A stretch of 34,193 bases of DNA, taken from the IMG/VR virus record IMGVR_UViG_3300022863_000005, positions 1 to 34,193 of that record. One strand, given 5' to 3'. The notes below the pieces were generated by a model. The model saw only the letters and a list, made by a program, of their open reading frames with translations, was not told where the DNA came from and ran no database searches. The position numbers and the translations under genes are program-made. This document shows positions 9,390 to 15,352 of this stretch, one piece after another (position 1 is the first letter of the stretch; every line of letters begins with the position of its first letter). The stretch is from a virus (Duplodnaviria > Caudoviricetes).

Positions 9390-9902
9390 TCAGCGGCGCC
9401 AGGGCATCGCGCCACCGCTGGCGGCCTTGGCCGGCGCGGGCGCTGGCGCATCCTGCCGGGCGGGCGCGTGACGCGGAGCGGGCGCGCTGGCGTGGTAAGG
9501 CGCCCAACTCTTGACGATATTCTTCGGAAGATATCGTCCGGCCTTATCAACTTCGATGGCGACAGAGCAAATGATCGGGATACCGTGCAGGTCGTCCGTG
9601 TTCTCAAGATGCCCGGTTAGGCCACATGCAGAACAGACCGAACCAAGTTCCTGTTGCCCGATCCTTTGCGTCTGCTCATTTTCGTGACGAAAGTTGATCG
9701 TCCCCCACAAGCGGCGACCTTCATACTGCCCTTCAACGATTTTATAACCCAAGGTTATGCCGCGCCCTTTGCCTGACTTTAAATCAGCAACGTCGCTTTC
9801 GATAATTTCGAGGACGTATTTTGCGGCAGGGACCGGGTCAAAATTGTCGCGAGGTTCGACCGATCCAATATCAAAGGATTCTCCAAGCTCCGCCATGGTC
9901 AA
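9390..9902 (-). CDS. DUF669-like single-stranded DNA-binding protein
   Basis: PVPAAKY, GQYEGRRLW, P/A-rich tail ending PW. Lies directly downstream of the Sak4-like ATPase. Confidence 0.74.
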   Translation of the reverse strand: MTMAELGESFDIGSVEPRDNFDPVPAAKYVLEIIESDVADLKSGKGRGITLGYKIVEGQYEGRRLWGTINFRHENEQTQRIGQQELGSVCSACGLTGHLENTDDLHGIPIICSVAIEVDKAGRYLPKNIVKSWAPYHASAPAPRHAPARQDAPAPAPAKAASGGAMPWRR

Positions 9903-10702
9903 GCCGCCTTCTGATCTGAGGTTTCGGGAGTTCCGCCGGGCAAATAGGGCGCGAGCGCCTCAAATCCTTTGCCCTTCTCGAATTTGATCTTGGGCGGCAG
10001 ATTGTAGCGGTTCTTGGCGTCGAAGGCCGCGCGGCCTTCCGTGTTAATGAACACGGTCGAACCACCGTCGGCGACACCGCGCTCCTTGTTGAAGCCCTGA
10101 TCTTCCTTCTTGACGGTGACGCCGCGCTTGATAAGGAAAATGGCGTCCATGTCGCGCTCGATCGCGCCGAGCGACTTGCCGTTGAGGTCGATGGCCCAAC
10201 GGTTGTAAGAGACGCTTTCGGGGTCGTCGAAACGCTCGATGGTCGAATGTGCGATCAGGATAACCGTCATTCCGAGGTCGCGGCGCAAGGCGTTCACGCC
10301 GTCGAGAATTTCTTGCCAGACGCGCTGGGCGTAGACGTAGCCCTTGCCGTAGCCGAAGTCCTCGATGTTGTTTTTCTTGTTCCCTTTGTCATCGCCACGA
10401 TTGCATGTTTCAGCGAAAACGAGCCGCTGCAGCTCGGATATGCTGTCCAGCACAAGCGTCTTGAAGTCGTGCGGCTCCTGATAGAGCGATGCCAGCGCAT
10501 CCATGACATGGGCGAAAGTGTCCAGCTTGCCGAACGAAACAAGTTCGACATCGGCGGGCGTCCCGTCCTCGATCTGCAAGAACACGGTCGCCGGGAATGA
10601 CGCGGCCAGCGACGTTTTGCCGACGCCGGGCTCGCCGTAGATCAGGATGCGCGGCGGCAACGTCGCCCGCACCTTTCTTAGGTCTTTCAGAGAAATAGCC
10701 AT
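9899..10702 (-). CDS. Sak4-like AAA ATPase (single-strand annealing protein, AAA_24)
   Basis: ILIYGEPGVGKTS, TLVLDS, DFGYGKGY, LIAHS, AKNRY. Confidence 0.85.
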   Translation of the reverse strand: MAISLKDLRKVRATLPPRILIYGEPGVGKTSLAASFPATVFLQIEDGTPADVELVSFGKLDTFAHVMDALASLYQEPHDFKTLVLDSISELQRLVFAETCNRGDDKGNKKNNIEDFGYGKGYVYAQRVWQEILDGVNALRRDLGMTVILIAHSTIERFDDPESVSYNRWAIDLNGKSLGAIERDMDAIFLIKRGVTVKKEDQGFNKERGVADGGSTVFINTEGRAAFDAKNRYNLPPKIKFEKGKGFEALAPYLPGGTPETSDQKAA

Positions 10703-10803
10703 AGTTTTGACCCTCGTTTTGATCGGCCCTCGGAAGGTTGCGCGGGCGGCCGCGCATCCGAGGGTCAGACAAATGCAGGCTTTCGCCCGGCCGCCCGCGC
10801 TCT

Positions 10804-11307
10804 CTACGCGGCGGAATGGAGGGCGCCCCCCTGTAGAGCTCCCTCCACCGCCCCACCACGATCCGACGCATCGGCAATCGTGGAATTCGTGAAATCGGAA
10901 AAATCCGCATCTTCGAGGCAGACGACGGAAACCGAAACGCCCGCCACCGGCCCATAAACCTTCCGAACTGTCAGGCTCGCGATTTGCGCGTCGTCCGCGT
11001 AAACGATGGCGTTCAAGGCGTCGGCGATGATCTTCGCCAGGTTGTCGGCGTCAGGCCGGGCCGCGCGCCATGTTGCGCCCGCAGTCTTCTTTTTCGACCA
11101 TGAGACGGGCGGCACATAGGATGCGCGAATATTCAGTGCCACCGGCCCCGTCATGAGAGATTGCGCGACCATCGAACGGCACGCCGCGAGCTTGACGAGC
11201 GCCATGAAATCGCGCTGGCGCTTTGGCGTGAATCGCTGCGCACCGTTGGCGCCGGCGCGGGCGAAGGCGACGGGTTCGCCGGGGATGAAGAAGGAAATCA
11301 TCGTCAT
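10804..11307 (-). CDS. rusA: RusA-family Holliday junction resolvase
   Basis: IPGEPV N-terminus, catalytic RPDADNLAKIIADALNAIVYADDAQI. Confidence 0.87.
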   Translation of the reverse strand: MTMISFFIPGEPVAFARAGANGAQRFTPKRQRDFMALVKLAACRSMVAQSLMTGPVALNIRASYVPPVSWSKKKTAGATWRAARPDADNLAKIIADALNAIVYADDAQIASLTVRKVYGPVAGVSVSVVCLEDADFSDFTNSTIADASDRGGAVEGALQGGALHSAA

Positions 11308-11310
11308 AAT

Positions 11311-11700
11311 TCAGCGATCCATGGCGCGATGCGAAGCGCCAGCATCGACGCATGGCGCATGATCCAGAGGGCGATGAGCGTCCGCGACTGCACGAAGCAA
11401 ATTCTCGACGCGTTCGATGCGCGCCAGTAGTTCGGCGAATTCATTTTTTGCGGCTTCCTTTTGGCGGGTCGCGGACATGCGGCGCAGATAGTCGAGTTCG
11501 TCGGCGCGGACGCGGCATCGCGGGTCGGCGTAGAAAAGATCGCGAACGCGGCTGAATGACAGGCGCGACAGCAGGCGTGAGGCGCGCAAGACACGCTCCT
11601 TTGCCGATCCATCGGGACCGGCGACGACTGCGACGATCATCTGCGCTTCGGCCAACTCCGTCATTTTACGCTCCGACGACTTTTCGGATTTTTCCGACAT
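11311..11700 (-). CDS. Helical DNA-binding-like protein in the cII position
   Basis: 129 aa, AGGAG RBS upstream, RLSFSRVRDLFY HTH-like segment, coiled-coil end. Function inferred from position only. Confidence 0.68.
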   Translation of the reverse strand: MSEKSEKSSERKMTELAEAQMIVAVVAGPDGSAKERVLRASRLLSRLSFSRVRDLFYADPRCRVRADELDYLRRMSATRQKEAAKNEFAELLARIERVENLLRAVADAHRPLDHAPCVDAGASHRAMDR

Positions 11701-11747
11701 GAACTGTGCTCCTATTGCTCATGGCGAACGGAGCAACGGAGGATTGA

Positions 11748-11936
11748 TTGAGTGAACAGCGCGACGGGGCCACCAGCGAGACTTGGGGAAGCATCGGGGA
11801 GGTGGCGCGGCGATTGGTGAAAAGGCTCCTCAAAAGAGCCGGGGCCGAAGCCCCGGCAGTCAGGGAGGAAACGCCCAAGGAGGGCATATGTCCCGGCGAA
11901 CGCCGGAACCTGTGGAGCGCCACGCGGCGCGAATAG
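11748..11936 (+). CDS. Possible small protein antisense to the cro operon
   Basis: GGAGGA at 11738-11743 before a TTG start. Amphipathic WGSIGEVARRLVKRLL segment. Confidence 0.3.
   Translation: MSEQRDGATSETWGSIGEVARRLVKRLLKRAGAEAPAVREETPKEGICPGERRNLWSATRRE
11832..11857 (-). terminator. Intrinsic terminator in the cro operon (tR1-like)
   Basis: Minus strand GCCGGGGC-TTCG-GCCCCGGC followed by TCTTTT. Confidence 0.6.
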
Positions 11937-12036
11937 TTGGCGGACTCTCCGAATTCCATACGAAAATGACGCTCTTTCGAGCCCTCCGCCGCTTGATGGT
12001 TCGGAGCGTGGTTGACCTGCCGTCCGCCGGCGGCGC

Positions 12037-12077
12037 AGGTGGGGGAAGCGGCGAAGGTGGGGGAAGCGGCGAAGGTG
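12037..12077. repeat. 18-bp tandem repeat, about 2.3 copies
   Basis: AGGTGGGGGAAGCGGCGA x2 + AGGTG. Confidence 0.9.
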
Positions 12078-12185
12078 TTCATGCGGCCCGTGTGAGCGGG
12101 CGTTTGTGATAGATCGTTATTGGCCCGCAACGACTGCGAATCGTCACGGGCCTCGCAATCGCCATTCACGACATGGAGACCACGA

Positions 12186-12482
12186 ATGGAAAACGCCACA
12201 GTCAGCCGCGCCGACTTCAATGCATTCCGTGTGCAGATTGCCGGAGAGATCAGCGCGCATCGGTTTCTGGTCGAAGTGCTGCTTGCAAATTGCGTCGGAA
12301 AATTGAACAGGACGGAGGCTACCGCGTTCATCGCAGACCTCCGAAAATCCGCGCAAAAACCTCATATACCTTTCGCGTCAACTGAATGGGCAGCGGTCGA
12401 AATGTCGGACGTCGATGCACATTATCGCGCTGCGATTGAGCGTCTGGTTTCGAGCGCGGCAAAGGCCCTCCGGCTGGAATGA
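12186..12482 (+). CDS. Hypothetical 98-aa helical protein convergent with cro
   Basis: GGAG at 12175-12178, ATG at 12186 (MENATVSRADF...), protein-like composition. Confidence 0.6.
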   Translation: MENATVSRADFNAFRVQIAGEISAHRFLVEVLLANCVGKLNRTEATAFIADLRKSAQKPHIPFASTEWAAVEMSDVDAHYRAAIERLVSSAAKALRLE

Positions 12483-12594
12483 ACCAGTCCGGCCCTTTCG
12501 ATCCGATGAAATACTTCGGCCTCGCCTCTTCCCTTTTGCGGGCATCGCGGCAGGCTTTTTCGATGTCGAGGAGGAATTGCGTGTCGGCGCTCAT
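12328..12594 (-). CDS. Possible hypothetical protein coupled to cro (MSADTQFLLDIEK...)
   Basis: ATGA overlap with the cro stop. Its 3' half overlaps the plus-strand gene 12186-12482. Confidence 0.4.
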   Translation of the reverse strand: MSADTQFLLDIEKACRDARKREEARPKYFIGSKGPDWFIPAGGPLPRSKPDAQSQRDNVHRRPTFRPLPIQLTRKVYEVFARIFGGLR

Positions 12595-12809
12595 GCGGCG
12601 TCTCCCGTGACGGGCGAGCGCTCTTTTTTGACGAAGTCGTTCGCCATAACGGCGCCGTTCGTGGCCTCCGTTATCCGGCGCACGGTCTCCCAATCCGGGA
12701 GCGTTTCGCCGCGCCGGATTCGGCTGATTGTCGATTGGCTGCGTCCGATCATTTCGCCAAAGGCGCTGTCGGTGAGCTTTCGAGAGGTGAGGAATTCATC
12801 AAGTTTCAT
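12591..12809 (-). CDS. cro: Cro-like HTH regulator
   Basis: MKLDEFL...SAFGEMIGRSQSTISRIRRGETLPD...TNGAVMANDF. Divergent from the repressor. Confidence 0.85.
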   Translation of the reverse strand: MKLDEFLTSRKLTDSAFGEMIGRSQSTISRIRRGETLPDWETVRRITEATNGAVMANDFVKKERSPVTGDAA

Positions 12810-12816
12810 GTCGCGG

Positions 12817-12846
12817 ATGATGCGCCCCATGCATAATGCATGTCAA
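12817..12846 (-). promoter_or_regulatory. PR-like sigma70 promoter for cro
   Basis: TTGACA (12846-12841), then 17-18 bp, then GCATCAT. Confidence 0.65.
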
Positions 12847-12868
12847 GCATAAAATGCATCGCGCGTCG
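12820..12868. promoter_or_regulatory. Operator cluster ATGC-N7-GCAT (12820-12834, 12836-12850, degenerate 12854-12868)
   Basis: Palindromes between cro and cI. 12820-12834 is the exact reverse complement of 13697-13711. Confidence 0.8.
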
Positions 12869-12902
12869 TCGTATTTTTCAGGCCGCGAAGCGACAATGAG
12901 GA

Positions 12903-13235
12903 ATGCCGCCCGTCAAAAAACCACTCCATCCCCGTACGCCGACATTCCTTCGCCAATGGAGGAAGTTCAAAAAGCTGACCCAGGATCAGGCGTCGGAGCG
13001 CGTCGAGATCGATCAGGCGACGCTTGGCCGAATCGAGCGCGGCGTGCTGCCCTATAATCAAGACTTGCTCGAAAGGCTTGCGCTCGCCTACGGCTGCGAC
13101 GTTTCCGATCTGCTTGACATCGATCCGCTAAAGCCCGATCCGCCGCGCCTCGTTTATGATAAATTGCGCCACGCTTCTCCGGCCATGCAAAAACGCGCAC
13201 TTGAGGTTTTGGAAGCTCTTTTAAAAGCCGGGTGA
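12903..13235 (+). CDS. cI: CI-like XRE-family repressor without a peptidase domain
   Basis: FLRQWRKFKKLTQDQASERVEIDQATLGRIERG HTH, 110 aa, divergent from cro. Confidence 0.85.
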   Translation: MPPVKKPLHPRTPTFLRQWRKFKKLTQDQASERVEIDQATLGRIERGVLPYNQDLLERLALAYGCDVSDLLDIDPLKPDPPRLVYDKLRHASPAMQKRALEVLEALLKAG

Positions 13236-13238
13236 TTT

Positions 13239-13643
13239 ATGAGAAATATTTTTCCGTTGATTTTTGTTTTGCTGGTTTCAGGATGCAATTCGACCGGAGT
13301 TACGCCAGCGGCGGACGTTCGGCAATTGTCCGCGCTTCCATCGACTTACCGCTCTATAATTGTGCAAAAAATTAAATCAGCGGCGAAAGACCCTTACAGC
13401 ATACGATCCGCTGAAATCGCTCTTCCAAAAATCGGTTTTGTTGGACTTTTCAATGGCGGGAACGCTGTTGTCGTCTGCGTTAGGTACAACGCCAAAAACT
13501 CATTTGGAGCCTACGTCGGCGTCGAGGATGTTCTTTTTGCATTCCGCGACGGCATGTTCCTCGGAATGCTGAACAACCATCCGCTGGCCTGCCAGGGCGG
13601 CGACATTTACGAGCCATTTCCAGAGCTAGAAAAAATTTCCTGA
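13239..13643 (+). CDS. Lipoprotein, candidate superinfection-exclusion or lysogenic conversion gene
   Basis: MRNIFPLIFVLLVSG-C lipobox, KDPYS...VCVRYNAKNSFGAYVG motif, AT-rich, 3 bp after the cI stop. Confidence 0.8.
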   Translation: MRNIFPLIFVLLVSGCNSTGVTPAADVRQLSALPSTYRSIIVQKIKSAAKDPYSIRSAEIALPKIGFVGLFNGGNAVVVCVRYNAKNSFGAYVGVEDVLFAFRDGMFLGMLNNHPLACQGGDIYEPFPELEKIS

Positions 13644-13696
13644 CAAGGATTTAACTCGCGCCTGTAGAGCGACCGGGAGCGCCCCTGCAAAATAAA

Positions 13697-13748
13697 ATGC
13701 ATGGGGCGCATTTTCCGCTTGACTGTCGATATGCATGGCGCGCATATT
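13697..13748 (+). promoter_or_regulatory. PL-like promoter with two operators (13697-13711, 13731-13745)
   Basis: TTGACT (13719-13724), 17-18 bp, GCATATT. Operators ATGCATGGGGCGCAT and ATGCATGGCGCGCAT. Confidence 0.8.
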
Positions 13749-13782
13749 CACTCCATCGAAACGCCAAACGATGGAGCCGAAA

Positions 13783-13863
13783 ATGGAAAACGAAAAAACC
13801 CTCAGCCAAGCCGCCGCCGAAACCCTCGCCGCCATCGAGGCGTACCTCGCGCAATTCGCATGA
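13783..13863 (+). CDS. 26-aa peptide MENEKTLSQAAAETLAAIEAYLAQFA (copy 1)
   Basis: GGAG RBS at 13773-13776. Paralogue at 24998-25078 differs only synonymously over codons 3-25. Confidence 0.8.
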   Translation: MENEKTLSQAAAETLAAIEAYLAQFA

Positions 13864-13870
13864 TCCAACA

Positions 13871-13895
13871 GCGGGGCTTCGGCCCCGCGCCTTTT
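13871..13895 (+). terminator. UUCG hairpin / weak terminator or attenuator after the peptide gene
   Basis: GCGGGGC-TTCG-GCCCCGC then GCCTTTT. Identical hairpin at 25087-25104. Confidence 0.6.
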
Positions 13896-13914
13896 CCCGC
13901 ATGGAGCACAAAGC

Positions 13915-14151
13915 ATGTCCACCAATATTGAAACCCTGACCATTGCCGAAGCGCGCGAAATTGCTGCGCTGTTCGGATCGCTTGCTAAATCCGAACCCGC
14001 GAAACAGTCAGCCCGCGTCGAGGGCGACAGCCGCCCCGTCATCGTCCGCGCGAAGGATGCGGGCGTCCACTTCGGCTATCTGACCGCATATGAGGGCCGC
14101 ATGGTCTACGGCTCCGGCTACGGCTACGGCTCCGGCTACGGAGATGACTGA
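13915..14151 (+). CDS. Hypothetical protein ending in YGSGYG repeats (possible deletion-fusion)
   Basis: GGAG RBS; VIVRAKDAGVHFGYL motif then an abrupt switch to YGSGYGYGSGYG. Confidence 0.62.
   Translation: MSTNIETLTIAEAREIAALFGSLAKSEPAKQSARVEGDSRPVIVRAKDAGVHFGYLTAYEGRMVYGSGYGYGSGYGDD
14107..14141. repeat. 18-bp tandem repeat built of TMCGGC hexamers
   Basis: TACGGCTCCGGCTACGGC TACGGCTCCGGCTACGG. Confidence 0.88.
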
Positions 14152-14154
14152 ACC

Positions 14155-14376
14155 ATGAGCCAGACCGAAATCTTCATCGAAACATCAGATCGCCGCACCG
14201 GCCGCGTCCGGGAAATAAAATTCCTCGGAACCGCCGCCGAGGCCGACGCCTACTGCCGCTCGGCTAACGGCATGTCGCGGAACGTCAGCTATCGGGTCGT
14301 CACGCGATGCGCCGATGCCGCCGCCGAGGCCGACGCTATCGAGCGCCGCGCCGAGCGCCTCGCAAGGGAGGGTTGA
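14155..14376 (+). CDS. Hypothetical early protein (73 aa)
   Basis: Tightly packed in the plus-strand early operon. Confidence 0.6.
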   Translation: MSQTEIFIETSDRRTGRVREIKFLGTAAEADAYCRSANGMSRNVSYRVVTRCADAAAEADAIERRAERLAREG

Positions 14377-14380
14377 TCCG

Positions 14381-14575
14381 ATGCTGTCCGACAAAACCCG
14401 CGCCATTATGGCGCTTTCCCTCGAAGTCGAACAGGCCGCCCGCGACGGCGATTTCGTAACCGCGCGCGACAAGCAGGCCGAGCTGGCCGGCGGCGAAGGT
14501 TTCGCGCCGCTCATGGCCGAAGCCGTTGGCCGCTTCATCGATCGATGCCGCGAACAACAGGAGAAGGTCGCATGA
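14381..14575 (+). CDS. Hypothetical early protein (MLSDKTRAIM..., 64 aa)
   Basis: GGAGG RBS, ATG at 14381, ATGA overlap downstream. Confidence 0.62.
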   Translation: MLSDKTRAIMALSLEVEQAARDGDFVTARDKQAELAGGEGFAPLMAEAVGRFIDRCREQQEKVA

Positions 14576-14787
14576 GCATTACCACGCCCAAAATCATCGA
14601 CAACGACGCGGGCGAAATTTCCGCCGTGCTCGACGGCAAGGAAATTCGCGCATGGTCCTATATGGGCGACGTCGTGCGCATCCAGAAAATGCGACAGGCG
14701 CACGAATTCGCCAATGGCTGGATTGCCGCGATGCGCCACGCCATCGACGCGCAGATCGCCGTCGCCGTCCAGCAAGCAGCGGAGTGA
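14572..14787 (+). CDS. Hypothetical early protein (MSITTPKII..., 71 aa)
   Basis: ATGA overlap with the previous gene. Confidence 0.62.
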   Translation: MSITTPKIIDNDAGEISAVLDGKEIRAWSYMGDVVRIQKMRQAHEFANGWIAAMRHAIDAQIAVAVQQAAE

Positions 14788-14792
14788 CCGGC

Positions 14793-15047
14793 ATGAAAGC
14801 GGAAATTATCAATCTCCACTCGACGGCGGCGGCCGCGCTGATCGTTGAAAGCCGTGTGGCGCGTATTCGGGCCAAGATCGCAATGGGCGACTTCGCGGCG
14901 GCTATCGCCGACATCGACGGCTTGCGAAATTTGCCTTTCGGCGACGGCGTGAGCGCTTTCATCCGATCCGAGGCCAGACGCCACGCCGATTGCCTCTCGG
15001 CGTCCATGATGCGTGCGCGCCAGCCAGAGCCGACAGGTGCGGCATGA
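14793..15047 (+). CDS. Hypothetical early protein (MKAEIINL..., 84 aa)
   Basis: GGAG upstream, ATGA overlap downstream. Confidence 0.58.
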   Translation: MKAEIINLHSTAAAALIVESRVARIRAKIAMGDFAAAIADIDGLRNLPFGDGVSAFIRSEARRHADCLSASMMRARQPEPTGAA

Positions 15048-15352
15048 CCCGCGCCGGCGAAGCCGAAAAGAACGCCGCTCGCATCCTGCGCGCATTTGGA
15101 GCTTCATATCCCAAGATCGCGGATCTGTTCGGCCGCACGGTCGAGGCCGTCGCCGGATGGTGCGATCCCCGGCGCGGCGTCTCGCGACGGCGCGCGAACA
15201 ACAAACACGCCGCGCGCTGCCGTGCGGCAGGCTTGCCGTATCGATCGCCGGAGGTGCTGCGCCGCTCGCAATTGCGCAGGAGCGCGCGCGAGGAAGCCAA
15301 GGCGACAGGCGAGAACGTCGAGACGATTTATAGCCGGTGGGGCGTCGCATGA
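15044..15352 (+). CDS. HTH-like basic protein (MTRAGEAEK..., 102 aa)
   Basis: GASYPKIADLFGRTVEAVAGW resembles an HTH; ATGA overlaps at both ends. Confidence 0.6.
   Translation: MTRAGEAEKNAARILRAFGASYPKIADLFGRTVEAVAGWCDPRRGVSRRRANNKHAARCRAAGLPYRSPEVLRRSQLRRSAREEAKATGENVETIYSRWGVA

Noticed and set aside
11666-12331. 221-aa minus-strand ORF
   Set aside because: Composition is not protein-like, and it runs across a terminator, a tandem repeat and a better plus-strand gene. Mentioned only as part of the coupling chain.
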